Source: a virus (taxonomy: Duplodnaviria; Heunggongvirae; Uroviricota; Caudoviricetes). Taken from it: 64,000 bases of DNA. The notes below the pieces were generated by a model. The model saw only the letters and a list, made by a program, of their open reading frames with translations, ran no database searches and was not told the DNA's origin. Shown here one piece after another: positions 1-10,276 of the stretch. The translations under genes and the position numbers were made by a program. Position 1 is the first letter of the stretch; the number at the start of each line of letters is the position of its first letter. Location of the stretch: the IMG/VR virus record IMGVR_UViG_3300021400_000025, positions 246,479-310,478 of that record, one strand, 5' to 3'.

Positions 1-567
1 CAGAATCTCCAGACTGGAACAGTTGTTGAATGTCCCATTGCGCACAGATTCCAATGACGGAAAGATCACCTCTTCAAGGGATGAACATCCAGAGAACACA
101 TCTTGTCCAATCGTCTTCAGAAAGGGAGCGCGAATCTTCTTCAACGAAGAGCATCCCCACAGAGCCTTGTCCCCCAGCTCCACCACCCTCGGCAAATCCA
201 GTTCTTCAAGCATGGAGCATCCACTGAAGCCCTCATCGCCGATGTCCTTCACGAATGGAATGTTCGCCTGCTTCGCGGATGAGCATCCCATGAAGCCTTG
301 CTCCGCCACATGAGCCAATTTGGGGAAGTCGATGGACTGCGCCATGGAACAGTCCTTGAACGACCCATTTCCCATGGACTGCACGTTTGGAAAGTCAAGT
401 TCCTCCACATGATTGCACGATATGAAGGCATAGTCGCCTATGGAACGTGCGTCGGGAAACACCAGACTTGTGGCCGCGAATATGCCAGGGAACGCGCTGT
501 TCCTTATGTTGATGGCGTCCTATCCATCTATTTCCTTGATGAATTGAAGCTTGATGTATGCGGCCAT
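1..567 (-). CDS. BspA-type leucine-rich repeat (LRR_5) protein, 3' end outside window; one in-frame TAG (520-522)
   Basis: Hand translation from ATG 567 (RBS AAAGGGGA): MAAYIKLQFIKEIDG*DAINIRNSAF...IGDYAFISCNHVEELDFP...IGDEGFSGCSMLEELDLP...IGQDVFSGCSSLEEVIFP. Repeated IGxxAFxGCxxLxxxxLP units. Absent from the ORF track. Confidence 0.85.
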
Positions 568-578
568 GAGTTCCCCTT

Positions 579-953
579 TCACTTCCCATGTTCAAGAAGA
601 TCAACTTGGTTCGTCGTCTCCCTGAACACCTTGAGAATATTTACTATATCCTCAACGCGCACAACAACGCTGTTCGTGGAGGAATGCGAATGAAGACCAC
701 CAAGATTGAACATGACGGTTCTATTGGTGGTGATTTCCGCGGACATTGATTCTATGTCTGTGCTGAATCCAAACTTGAAGTATCTGACCTCGTATCCCTG
801 GTCGATGATGGCGTAGTCAATTGGATTGGTTGAACAACTGGATTCAGAATATATTGGCATGACAAGGTTTGGCCGCTTGTCAACAGTCACCTTCGCCATG
901 CAGCCTGTCATAATCACTGCAAGCAGTCCAATAAATGTCAATGTCCATTTCAT
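579..953 (-). CDS. putative lipoprotein
   Basis: Hydrophobic N-terminus ending in lipobox-like IMTG-C; TGA stop. Confidence 0.6.
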   Translation of the reverse strand: MKWTLTFIGLLAVIMTGCMAKVTVDKRPNLVMPIYSESSCSTNPIDYAIIDQGYEVRYFKFGFSTDIESMSAEITTNRTVMFNLGGLHSHSSTNSVVVRVEDIVNILKVFRETTNQVDLLEHGK

Positions 954-1028
954 GTTGTCATCAGTTTTGAATCAACGCACTTTCTATTATTCCCATGTCA
1001 GGGTAATCGTTGAAGATAGCAGCCAGTT

Positions 1029-1826
1029 TCAAATGTTGTCAATTTCGTCCTACCGTATTATAAGATCACCTTTGGTTGCCACAGTTCCATTTTCAATGTC
1101 TTCGTTGAGCTTATCTTGCAGTTTTCTTATCAACTTTCTTCTGGACTCCTCTCTACGTTTGATTCGCTCGATTTCAGTTTTCTCTGCTTCTTCTCTCAAA
1201 GTTTTGCTTATTGGATCATCCCAATAATCAGACTCATCGTCATCGTCCTCCCAAATTGGCCACCTCCAAGGCAGAATATAATCAACCCATGCGAACCTAT
1301 TATAGGGATTTGGCAATGTTGGAACATCAGTATTTGGCAATACTGGAACATCAATATTTGGCAGCACCGGGATATCCCTGGAAACATCACCATCATAGTT
1401 GGACAAGAACACCAAATCATATACCAGAGCATATTTCAAATACTCTTTCAAGAGACATTGTGAACATCCAAGTCCAAAGTCATATAGTTTTTTGGCTTGT
1501 TCTGGAGTGGCAATCCATTCTCCCGACTATTTTATCTCATCCACCACAGAGAAGAATTGCCTCCACAACCACATGCCACGTTCAATTAGATTTTCGTCAA
1601 ACCACTCTTCCCAATCTCCATCATTCGTATTTAGATCAATATCCTTGGACGATAAAGGGGAGTCAACTGCCCCCCTAATGCTTCCATTGTGGGTCAAAAA
1701 ATCATAATAATTGTCCAAACAGCGCAAAAATGGATTGATGTATCTTTCTGCAACAACTTTTGGATAGAGCAATCCAACATTTAGTTCATTCACCTTCAAT
1801 CTTTTCAAATAGAAAGCCATTTTCAA
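1029..1826 (-). CDS. hypothetical protein with two in-frame TAG (1527, 1050) and a 3x DxPxLPN repeat
   Basis: ORFs 1527-1826 and 1050-1451 share a frame and join through TAG. Strong RBS AAGAGGTG before TTG 1826. TGA at 1029. Confidence 0.65.
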
Positions 1827-1835
1827 TTCACCTCT

Positions 1836-2525
1836 TTATTTCTTCGCTTCTTGAATCAACTGGATTTCGGTCACCATCTTCACTTCGCCTGTGCCGTAAA
1901 TCTTCGCCGTGAAATCGTCAAACCTCTCCTTCACATCGTGGTTGCCACCTATGGAAGTGTAGTAGTCGAACTAGTCCTTCAACCTCTTGAAATCCTTCGC
2001 CGATATTTTCTTCAGGGCTTCGTATTTGTCAATGTCCTTGATGATTTCGTGGCGCAATAGCCATATCGTCCCCTCATGAGCCTCCTTCCTCACAATCTCA
2101 GTCTGAGCCTTCGTCTCCTCTTTCATCAACTCGGTCTGCTTCTTGACCGCCTCTGTCTCGTCGTGCAGACACTGGTGCGCAGATTGGGAGTCCTTGATGG
2201 CCTATTTTAGTTCCCTGTTCGTGTCTGCTATCTGATGCGAGAGTGTCTACTGCTCCTACTTGGACTGATATCGTATCTCCAGCTGGTGGTTGTAGAGGAT
2301 GAACCCAAGGCCACAATCGCAAAGGGCAGACAGGAGAATCATTATAATCATCGAGGTCTTTCTAGTCAGCTCCCCATGCTTGTTTCCAGAATTGTTGTTG
2401 ATTGTGGCCCCATCGGAGGCGTTGATCACCACGCTCTCTTGCTTGATGGAATCGTCAACCTTGGACTGGTCGCTCAGACTCGCGTTCAACGCTGGGTTCG
2501 TCACTGGTATGTTGATGTCTGCCAT
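1836..2525 (-). CDS. membrane protein (one TM, coiled coil) with a C-terminal domain resembling phage holin-associated proteins; four in-frame TAG
   Basis: Frame is open from ATG 2525 to TAA 1836 if TAG at 2256, 2247, 2202 and 1971 are sense. C-terminus GTIWLLRHEIIKDIDKY...FDYYTSIGGNHDV resembles the G..LLR..I...Y...LGGN family seen near lysis genes. Confidence 0.65.
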
Positions 2526-2620
2526 TTTGTCATCACCTCTTGAAGGAAGAAGAAAAAGTTTTCTTTTACATGGTTGTTGTTGTATGTTCGCTTTTGCGAT
2601 GTCAAGATATATTTACTATA

Positions 2621-3340
2621 TCAATGCGTGAATCTTGGATCGTCACAGGCAAATCGTTGTGACAAGGTCATCAACAGATTCTGTTCATAAGTTGGTTCAA
2701 GGGACTTGATTTGGTTTGGCCGAAACACAATGTAGCAAGTTGGGTCAAATCCCTCCTGGGACTCGAAGTCGTTTGGGTATATTATCCCATCATGGGGGCT
2801 GTCAATGCACTTCTGGCGCAGGAACTCGGTGTATTCTGGATTCAGTTTGGGTTCTTTGTCCAGATTACGCTTCATTTCAAGCGCAGTTTCCTTGTCAATT
2901 CCAATGGATTTCAAGATGGCGTTGGATGCCTATGCCCATGCCCTTTGCTCATAGAGATACATTGTCGATTGAGATATGAATGGATTTCCAGTGTATTTGT
3001 ATGACGCTGAATCCAATATGTCCTTTGCGTTCCATGAACCAATGTCAGCCTTCACGATGATTGGGTTGTGGATTGACAGAGCAACATGCAGAATCTTGCC
3101 TTGTCTATCGTTGTCCAGGATATCGAACTTGTCATCCACTCTGTTCTGCGCCACATAGATGCATTTGGCGAAATGGAAGCCGATGTCATGCTCCTTGAAC
3201 TCGTCAAAGTCCTGGAACGTGCCATGATATGCTGGTATGTTGAAGCCTTGGGATTCGGCGCACTTCAATGCAAGCTGAATCCCAAGGCTCTCGTTTCCAG
3301 AACGAATTGCGTCTTCGTACTATTGATCAATTCTGTTCAT
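2621..3340 (-). CDS. ADP-ribosyltransferase-fold protein (ART-PolyVal-like); in-frame TAG at 3320 and 2930
   Basis: Motifs AYHGT..F..F...GFHF, LSIHNP, HDGIIY and YIVFRPNQIKS are split across ORFs 2930-3268 and 2621-2914, which share a frame. ATG at 3340. Confidence 0.7.
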
Positions 3341-3677
3341 CGTCTGCCCATGCGCAACGTATCTTCCATGTTGCGTCGTCCAGTTTCCCCTCCATGACGT
3401 CCTGAACAACAGAAAGCAACAGGCACGTTGAGGAGTTGTCCTTCATGAAGCCATTGAGGATGCAATACATCCTCAACCCAAACAGAAGTTCAGACGAGTA
3501 CGAGTAGTTGCTTTCGCAGAGGTTGACGTAGTATTTGGCTCTGGTCAGATATTCAGTCTTCTTCTCCATGTGCCATTTCGTCAACCACTTGATGACGGAC
3601 GCAAGGCAGAAATCCACCTTGAAGGCCCGTATCAAGTCTATTGGCTGGACAACCAAAGTTGAGTAGGTTTCGCCCAT
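3327..3677 (-). CDS. DUF3310-like protein
   Basis: Y...VQPIDLI....DFCLASVIKWL.......EYLTRAKYYV matches the DUF3310 pattern in degenerate form. Confidence 0.5.
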   Translation of the reverse strand: MGETYSTLVVQPIDLIRAFKVDFCLASVIKWLTKWHMEKKTEYLTRAKYYVNLCESNYSYSSELLFGLRMYCILNGFMKDNSSTCLLLSVVQDVMEGKLDDATWKIRCAWADDEQN

Positions 3678-4093
3678 TACGCAATCTCCTTTCCTTCAAG
3701 TTCAAAGTTTCTGTTGTACACAGTGCATGTTGTGATTGTGAACTCCACACCCTCTTTCTCCTTCCAGCCAAAATTCACCACCAATTCAGTCTTGGTGTGC
3801 TTCATTATCACAAACTTGAAGTCGTATAGGTATCCTTCCTGCCAAGAAGAACGCAACATGCTGTTCAAGGTCTCAATTATCCTGTCGTGATTCTCCTTAG
3901 TTGGCTCGTCCCACACGCAAGTTTCAAGATATCCACCTATTGCAGCATATATTCCGGGCTTCAAGTCCTTCCATAGAGGTTTATCCTCGGTCTCGTTGCC
4001 AACTTCCTTTGCAGAAGACTTCATTGGGATTGAAGATGCTGCAACGCCAGCAACCAACGCCCCCATGAAGTCTCTTCTTGATGTGTTTTTCAT
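3677..4093 (-). CDS. hypothetical protein with twin-arginine (Tat) signal peptide
   Basis: N-terminus MKNTSRRDFMGALVAGVAASS...SSA; RBS AAAGGAG. Confidence 0.7.
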   Translation of the reverse strand: MKNTSRRDFMGALVAGVAASSIPMKSSAKEVGNETEDKPLWKDLKPGIYAAIGGYLETCVWDEPTKENHDRIIETLNSMLRSSWQEGYLYDFKFVIMKHTKTELVVNFGWKEKEGVEFTITTCTVYNRNFELEGKEIA

Positions 4094-4118
4094 TGTGGTT
4101 CTCCTTTCGTCAAGTCAA

Positions 4119-4883
4119 TCATATTCTCACAGTCTCACGCAGAACCTTGATGTCGTTTTTGTCCTGCCACATTCCGCCATATATCCATTCAAGTTCAATG
4201 TCATAGACACCTTTTTGGTTTTCATGTGACTTCACATCCAATTTCTTGCCAACACCCTCCATGAATTGCTTGTTGGAAATTGGGATATATGAATTCTTGA
4301 TGGCTCGGCAGCATTCCCTTTTCGTCCAGTTTGGGTCGAATTCAAGACCTTTTAGTGAATCAATCCATTTGTGGAAATTGCCAATCACCATTCCATCAAT
4401 GTCATCATATGTTTTGCTGGACCAATATTTTGCGAAATCATACAACGCCAATATGTCAGTCATTCCTATTCTCGCATATTTGATTTCTGAGTTTGCAGTT
4501 CTCTTTGTTCCGCATATGACACCAATCATTCCAGGTGTGGGAGCTATCACCAAGAACCATATCCTGTACATTTTTCCACTTTCCACCAGGAACTTTGTGT
4601 CCTCGTACAGATCATTCTCAAGATGCCAAGCGTCATTCATGCAAAATCCCCATTTGTGGGCATTTTCTGCATTAATCACGCCATTGTTCCTTTTCAGATA
4701 ATAGTAGCCTTGTGTCGCTTTGGGAATGTGCTTTTTAAGATGAGTCAGCACCAAGTCATAGATGGTTCTCTCAATATTGTCATCACACGACACAATGTCG
4801 GATAGACATGGAACTGCAGCAAGCGATGCAAGTCCAGATATGAAGTTTCTTCTTGATGTAGTGTTCATTTCAACTGCCCTCAT
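4119..4883 (-). CDS. hypothetical protein with twin-arginine (Tat) signal peptide
   Basis: MNTTSRRNFISGLASLAAVPC; ATGA overlap with the upstream gene at 4880-4883 (alternative start 4868). Confidence 0.65.
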   Translation of the reverse strand: MRAVEMNTTSRRNFISGLASLAAVPCLSDIVSCDDNIERTIYDLVLTHLKKHIPKATQGYYYLKRNNGVINAENAHKWGFCMNDAWHLENDLYEDTKFLVESGKMYRIWFLVIAPTPGMIGVICGTKRTANSEIKYARIGMTDILALYDFAKYWSSKTYDDIDGMVIGNFHKWIDSLKGLEFDPNWTKRECCRAIKNSYIPISNKQFMEGVGKKLDVKSHENQKGVYDIELEWIYGGMWQDKNDIKVLRETVRI

Positions 4884-5551
4884 TTCTTTCCGACTTTGCC
4901 AATGTACTCCGACCACAAGGAAATTGCCCTTTCCTCAAGCGATATGATGGCATGTGCGTTTCTGAACTTGTCCAAGGTGGTTATCATCTTCGTGACAACA
5001 TCTATCTCGTACAAATCCACGATTCGCCCAAGGTCAACAAGGCAATTCGTCTTGATTGTTTCTGGCTCGTCTTTTGGTGCGGTGGGTTTTTCTGAATTGT
5101 CGTTTTCAGATTCAGAAGACTTCAATTCCTCTCTATGAATCAATTCAATCTCTTCTGGGGTCATGTGGTTGGACATCATGTTGTCCCAGAACTCGCACTG
5201 CTCATCCACCGAATCAAACTTGATTGTCTGCTTGCTTTGAGTGAAAAAGGAGTTTCCATGCTCGATGTGCATTTTTGATGGCGATTTTGTGTTTGGGAAG
5301 TTTCTATCCACGAACACATGGAAGCCTCTGCATTTTTCCAATTGGATTGATTTGCTGTCGGCCACCCAACAATCCAAATCACATTGATTTATGCCAATCG
5401 CATGCAACGAATCAGAGTCTTGGTCAGAGTCATCGACAAACCATTTGCAGGCGTTCATTTTCTTGATAATCTTTTCAGATTGTTCCTTTTCGACCTCAAT
5501 CTCGTCAGTCTCCCCATTTTCGGGATTGAGCGCAGTTACTATCAATTTCAT
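4880..5551 (-). CDS. hypothetical protein
   Basis: 223-aa ORF with RBS AAAGGA, in operon order. Confidence 0.7.
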   Translation of the reverse strand: MKLIVTALNPENGETDEIEVEKEQSEKIIKKMNACKWFVDDSDQDSDSLHAIGINQCDLDCWVADSKSIQLEKCRGFHVFVDRNFPNTKSPSKMHIEHGNSFFTQSKQTIKFDSVDEQCEFWDNMMSNHMTPEEIELIHREELKSSESENDNSEKPTAPKDEPETIKTNCLVDLGRIVDLYEIDVVTKMITTLDKFRNAHAIISLEERAISLWSEYIGKVGKK

Positions 5552-5580
5552 TGTTGTTCTTTCCTTTCGTTGTCATCAAG

Positions 5581-6558
5581 TCAGTCCATGTCCTCTCCAA
5601 CGAGATTATCGAGGCTCTTGGCAGGCTTCTGTTCCTCAACTTCCCTCTCTGCATGCTCTTCTGGTTCTTCATCTTCCACTGTTCCACCAAGGGCTTCCGC
5701 AATGGCTTCTTCGCTTGGTTCTGCATTTTCACCATCTTTTCCAACAAGAATCAGCTCAGTGACAACCGCAAGCATCTCCTGGTTCTTGGAGTTCTCGTGG
5801 TGCTTGTCGCACTGCTTCTCAACCATGTCAGTGGCCTTCTCGGCGTCTCCATTCATGGACAATTCGTCGGTTTTCGCCTGAAGCTCCGCCAACGCCCCGA
5901 ACTGCGCTTTCTTGATTCCCTTTGGATTGGATTCAGAATACTTCATGTTCTCGGGAATGCTCTCGAAGATGACATCCTCAATCTCGGCGTTCTTCTCGAA
6001 GATTTCGTTCTGGATGTTCGCGCCACGCTGGTAGTAGTCGATGATGGTCTTCTTGTCGTCATCGTTGTTCTCAAGGTCAAGCTGAGTGATTGGCTTTCTG
6101 AAGTGGATTTCAATTCCTGCAGTGTCCAACGCCCTCTGAACCTCTGGGACAAGCCTGCCTGCGTACAGGTTCGCAATCAAATCCATTGCGTAGGAATCGC
6201 ACTTCGGTGGCGTTGTCTCCTTTGGCTTGCCACCCTTCTTCAGATACTCGAAGTCGGAGACCTTGCCGAACATCTTTCCAAAGAAGGACTTCAACGTGGA
6301 TTCCATCTTCTTCTCCCGCTTCTTCTTGTCCTCGATGTCGGCGAAGCCATTGAACAGACCAAGGCGTTCCGCAGTCTGCTTGAAGTCCTCGTCCATGTTG
6401 TCGTACATGAATTGGGCAAAATCCTTCTTCATGTTCTTCAAAGTCTCCTTGCAGTTGGAGTTGATGTCCGTCTTAATGTTCGCCGCGTCGGATATGACCT
6501 TCTTCAATTCATCGTACTGGCTGTTGATTTGATTCTGCTCTGTTTCTTCTTCTGACAT
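5581..6558 (-). CDS. hypothetical acidic/coiled-coil protein
   Basis: 325-aa ORF, strong codon bias, RBS AAAGGA. Confidence 0.8.
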   Translation of the reverse strand: MSEEETEQNQINSQYDELKKVISDAANIKTDINSNCKETLKNMKKDFAQFMYDNMDEDFKQTAERLGLFNGFADIEDKKKREKKMESTLKSFFGKMFGKVSDFEYLKKGGKPKETTPPKCDSYAMDLIANLYAGRLVPEVQRALDTAGIEIHFRKPITQLDLENNDDDKKTIIDYYQRGANIQNEIFEKNAEIEDVIFESIPENMKYSESNPKGIKKAQFGALAELQAKTDELSMNGDAEKATDMVEKQCDKHHENSKNQEMLAVVTELILVGKDGENAEPSEEAIAEALGGTVEDEEPEEHAEREVEEQKPAKSLDNLVGEDMD

Positions 6559-6579
6559 GTCTAGTTGCTTCCTTTCAAG

Positions 6580-6768
6580 TTAAAAATCCGTGTAGAGGGG
6601 ACTTACCACATACTTGCCTCTCGGAAGGGAATCCCCATCCTTCTTCTTGAGTTCCTCGTTCTTGCCGTCCTTGAAGATGATTGCGATGTTCTCGTCTCGG
6701 AACAATCCCACGATTGTGCATGAGTTTGCCGCATAGTCAAGTATCTGAACTGAATAGAGTTTGTTCAT
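6580..6768 (-). CDS. small hypothetical protein
   Basis: 62-aa ORF filling the gap in the operon. Confidence 0.6.
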   Translation of the reverse strand: MNKLYSVQILDYAANSCTIVGLFRDENIAIIFKDGKNEELKKKDGDSLPRGKYVVSPLYTDF

Positions 6769-6801
6769 CTGGTTCTCAATTCTTTCTTGTTCAATTATAC
6801 T

Positions 6802-7023
6802 TCACGCGCACATCCCACCCAATTTGACAAGTTCGGAAATGGATGAGTTCGTCTCCTTCGCCAAGTCACTGAGCGTTGACATCGCTTGGGCAAGGGCCAT
6901 TTCCTGTCCAACAGTGAGGGGAAGGTCTCCCGGACACTCGATTGTATCGTAAAGCCCATGTGCCTCGGCATAGTCGCGTTCGGCGAGAAGGGCTTCAAGT
7001 TCCTTGTTGGTGTATTCACTCAT
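6802..7023 (-). CDS. small hypothetical protein
   Basis: MSEYTNKE... with RBS AAGGAG; TGTGGTATAAT lies upstream. Confidence 0.6.
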   Translation of the reverse strand: MSEYTNKELEALLAERDYAEAHGLYDTIECPGDLPLTVGQEMALAQAMSTLSDLAKETNSSISELVKLGGMCA

Positions 7024-7065
7024 GATCTTGTTCTCCTTGCGCATATATTATACCACAAATATGCC

Positions 7066-7254
7066 TCAGTGGATAAGCCTGTTGTAATCTTCGTCCGAAA
7101 GATTGTTCAACCAATCGCTGGACTCGTCAAGCATCTTCTGAAGTTTCCTTGGTATTGGCTTTCCCTGCCTTGTCAATATTTCACATTCAATCGCGGAAGA
7201 CATCCACTTGTCGAATCCACGGTCAAAATCATCGTTGGTTTTCTTCATCGGCAT
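7066..7254 (-). CDS. small hypothetical protein
   Basis: 62-aa ORF with RBS AAGGAG. Confidence 0.55.
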   Translation of the reverse strand: MPMKKTNDDFDRGFDKWMSSAIECEILTRQGKPIPRKLQKMLDESSDWLNNLSDEDYNRLIH

Positions 7255-7456
7255 TCTCCTTTTTCAAATAGTCATAGTATTTCTCCACATCCAATGGGTC
7301 GTCAACCAATCCATATCTTGTATGGCAATCTTCCGGTGGTTTCCATCCAATTTCCTTTTTTACGAGACATACTGGAACATCTTCTGGCTTGATGTAGATG
7401 ACCCACGGTGGGCTTGGTGTCCGCCATTCCTTGATTGTCCATTCATCTTCTTCCAT
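7229..7456 (-). CDS. small hypothetical protein
   Basis: 75-aa ORF packed between neighbours. Confidence 0.5.
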   Translation of the reverse strand: MEEDEWTIKEWRTPSPPWVIYIKPEDVPVCLVKKEIGWKPPEDCHTRYGLVDDPLDVEKYYDYLKKENADEENQR

Positions 7457-7459
7457 CCA

Positions 7460-8359
7460 TCATTCCTCCAGCCATTCGTTGTCAATTATGTAGAACATAA
7501 TTATAGCCCCTACCGTGAGAATACTCCAAATCACCCAGAACATGACATACGGCCATGCGCAGTTCGCAAGCCTTTCCCTGTACTTCTCAATGTTAGCACT
7601 AACCATGTCGGCAGTTCCCTTGAATCCCTTGTCACGCAAGTCGGCGATAATGGTTCCAGTGAATCCGTCCTTCATGGTGTAGACCAAATCACGCTCGTTC
7701 TTGAACAGTCCACCACCAACAACGGTCTCCTCTTCTCTTGCGCAACCGTAGTTGAACTTGTTGTACTTGAACTCTTGGCCGCAGAACCTCACCATTGGGG
7801 AATTCGTGGTGGAAGTCCATTTCGTGTCCCATGACCAGTAGGTTTCTGTTCTGTGGCGGGTGTGTGGACGACCCTTTGAATCGTATGTGGTGTATGTCAC
7901 AATCCTTGTGTGCTTCTGGTACTTCTGATGCTCAACATGGATTCGGAGATACTCGCCATCAACCAATTTGGATGTCACTGGGGTGACGGCTTCAAGTTTT
8001 CCCCTGACGAAAGCATGACCAACATCCGTGTCCATGGCATGTCTGAATTCAGATGGGGATTCAATGGCAACGGCCTGACGATACTTCAACGTTGAATCGT
8101 CAACCTTCTTGTCAATCCACGAATGCACAAGGAATCCCAGAAACGAGAAGATGCCAAGGATTAGAAGGGAGAACAGAACCTCCCGCAAGGTGATTTCAAA
8201 GTCAATGCTCTCGAACAGGACGACCTTACTGCCCTTCCTTCCCTCTGACGAAGTTGGATTCCGTTTCATTCCCATCTTGAACGCAGCTTCCTTGAACTCC
8301 TCAGAATAGCGGTTTCTTCTGCTCCCAACCTTGTAGTATCCTCCACAGTTCATTGTCAT
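7460..8359 (-). CDS. two-TM membrane protein, LemA-associated type
   Basis: N- and C-terminal hydrophobic helices around a soluble domain with HTRIVTY...RTETYWSWD; lies near lemA. Confidence 0.7.
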   Translation of the reverse strand: MTMNCGGYYKVGSRRNRYSEEFKEAAFKMGMKRNPTSSEGRKGSKVVLFESIDFEITLREVLFSLLILGIFSFLGFLVHSWIDKKVDDSTLKYRQAVAIESPSEFRHAMDTDVGHAFVRGKLEAVTPVTSKLVDGEYLRIHVEHQKYQKHTRIVTYTTYDSKGRPHTRHRTETYWSWDTKWTSTTNSPMVRFCGQEFKYNKFNYGCAREEETVVGGGLFKNERDLVYTMKDGFTGTIIADLRDKGFKGTADMVSANIEKYRERLANCAWPYVMFWVIWSILTVGAIIMFYIIDNEWLEE

Positions 8360-8365
8360 GCCCTT

Positions 8366-8863
8366 TCACTTGGAAGTCACGTCCGGAATCCCATCAAGTT
8401 CAATTTCTGAATCCAGTTTTAGATTGGAACTGCCCTTCTCAACCCAGGTGTTGCCAACATGATCAACCAAATCCTGGTGTTTCTTCCCAATGTAGAACTC
8501 ATGCCTGATTTCAGCAAGTCTGTCCATGAACCTCCTCTTCACAAGGTTCATGTCCTTCGTCTTGACATGGAGGCTGAAGCAGTTGGTTCTCTGACCATCA
8601 TCCCCAACAACAGATTCAAGCGCGATTGAGACAAGTTTCCTCGGGATGTTCCACGCAGAGGCAATCGTGTTGTGGTCTTCACGGCGCGTTTCATCCCGAA
8701 AGAATGGGTCAGCGTACCCCCAAAACCCATCATCGTCCAGAACAAGGTTGATGTACGAATTGACGAGTTGGGAGTACAATTCCTCAAGGGTGGATGCCGA
8801 AGTCCACCCAAACTCCTTGACAACCTCTGCGTCAAGCGCGGCTATGTCAATGGGATTTTCCAT
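8366..8863 (-). CDS. hypothetical protein
   Basis: MENPIDIAAL... 165 aa. The longer ORF call overlaps lemA. Confidence 0.65.
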   Translation of the reverse strand: MENPIDIAALDAEVVKEFGWTSASTLEELYSQLVNSYINLVLDDDGFWGYADPFFRDETRREDHNTIASAWNIPRKLVSIALESVVGDDGQRTNCFSLHVKTKDMNLVKRRFMDRLAEIRHEFYIGKKHQDLVDHVGNTWVEKGSSNLKLDSEIELDGIPDVTSK

Positions 8864-8873
8864 TGGTTGTTCG

Positions 8874-9416
8874 TCAGAACAGTTCAAGGGGCTTCGTGTC
8901 CCTCTGCTCAGGCTCTGCCTCGTACATATCGTACTTCTTGACCTCATATCCCGTGAAGGAGAGGAAAAGGGAAGTTGGGAACTTGCGGCAGTAGTAGCGG
9001 TAGTCACGCACGAACTCATTGTATGCCTTTTTGTGCTGAGCCAACGTGTTCTCCGTGATTGAAATATCGTTCATCAAATTTTGGTAATTTTTCTGAGACT
9101 TCAAGTCGGGATAACGCTCCTCGACCCTGGAGAACGCGGCTATGCACTGCTTCGCGTCGTTTCCGCTCATGTTCTTGCCACGCGCCTCGATGACCTTGAC
9201 GAGCGTGTTGTACTCATGCTCATCGTACTTCTTCACGCAAGCGGCAAGTTCATGCAACTTGTTGAACCTGTTTGAGAGCTGGACGTCAATTCCAGACTTC
9301 GCCGCGTTGACATTCTCCTCAAGGGAAATTGCCCCATTCTTGCTGGACATGATCATGCAAAGTCCAACCAGACCAACGCCGACGATTGCGGCCAATGTTA
9401 TCAATACTGCTTTCAT
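8874..9416 (-). CDS. lemA: LemA family protein
   Basis: N-terminal TM, then IDVQLSNRFNKLHEL...VKKYDEHE...ERYPDLKSQKNYQNLMNDISITEN...YNEFVRDY...FPT. Confidence 0.9.
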   Translation of the reverse strand: MKAVLITLAAIVGVGLVGLCMIMSSKNGAISLEENVNAAKSGIDVQLSNRFNKLHELAACVKKYDEHEYNTLVKVIEARGKNMSGNDAKQCIAAFSRVEERYPDLKSQKNYQNLMNDISITENTLAQHKKAYNEFVRDYRYYCRKFPTSLFLSFTGYEVKKYDMYEAEPEQRDTKPLELF

Positions 9417-9440
9417 TTTTGTTCTCTTTCTTGTTTTTGG

Positions 9441-9677
9441 TTATCGTTTTTCCATGCAGGGACATCCTGCATGATGAATCAGTGAAATCGCGTTTGAATG
9501 ACGAACAAGAACCTGAAGGTACTCATGCCCATCCACCTCAAACAGGGTGTAGAGACATGTGTTCCATTCCCAACTTCTGATTATCCTCGGCGCAGTCCCA
9601 TAGTTGGACAACTGCGCAGGTGAAAGCCCAGACGCAAGCGCGACCAAAGCAGCCATAATAAGTTTCTTCATGTGCAT
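9441..9677 (-). CDS. small secreted hypothetical protein
   Basis: Signal peptide MKKLIMAALVALASG; C-terminal HHAGCPC. Confidence 0.6.
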   Translation of the reverse strand: MHMKKLIMAALVALASGLSPAQLSNYGTAPRIIRSWEWNTCLYTLFEVDGHEYLQVLVRHSNAISLIHHAGCPCMEKR

Positions 9678-9693
9678 TTTCTCCTCTTTCTTG

Positions 9694-10089
9694 TCATATC
9701 TTCCCGAACATTTCAACTGCTGCATTCAAGAACACAACCAATTCAAACAATTCGTTCTTGTCCTTGAATGAGGATTTCATGAACTCGTAGAAGTCAAGAA
9801 CATACTTCGCCCTCTCCCTGCTTATTTCAAGCTGCTTGAACCTTGAAAGGAGAAGAGTCCAGAACAGATGCTTGCACACCACCTCATTCTCATTCAGAAT
9901 GTTGGGATCTTTGTGGAAAACCTCATACATGGCGTTGATGTTCTGTTGGATTCTGTCAACTTCCCACACCGATGGCTCGTCGATATTGAGCATCATGGTT
10001 GATGCCTGAAGCATGACAACCCACTCCCTCAATCTGACAAGGTTGAAGTAGTCAACCGGATGCCGTACTATGGCAATAAGTTTTCTCAT
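9694..10089 (-). CDS. hypothetical protein
   Basis: 131-aa ORF in operon. Confidence 0.6.
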   Translation of the reverse strand: MRKLIAIVRHPVDYFNLVRLREWVVMLQASTMMLNIDEPSVWEVDRIQQNINAMYEVFHKDPNILNENEVVCKHLFWTLLLSRFKQLEISRERAKYVLDFYEFMKSSFKDKNELFELVVFLNAAVEMFGKI

Positions 10090-10090
10090 T

Positions 10091-10276
10091 TCAGTTTCCC
10101 CTCTTGTAGTATTCCTTGACGATGCTTGAGATGTCCATCAGACGGTCAAGCAAGTCCGTACCTGGGTTGATTATGGTTGTTGAACTTCCATCCACATGAA
10201 AATGCGGACCTTCGGCAACGGTTACGTCCCTTGACAGAACCCTCGCTATCTTGTCAATGCACTCTTCTGCTGTCAT
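10091..10276 (-). CDS. small hypothetical protein
   Basis: 61-aa ORF with ATGA coupling. Confidence 0.55.
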   Translation of the reverse strand: MTAEECIDKIARVLSRDVTVAEGPHFHVDGSSTTIINPGTDLLDRLMDISSIVKEYYKRGN

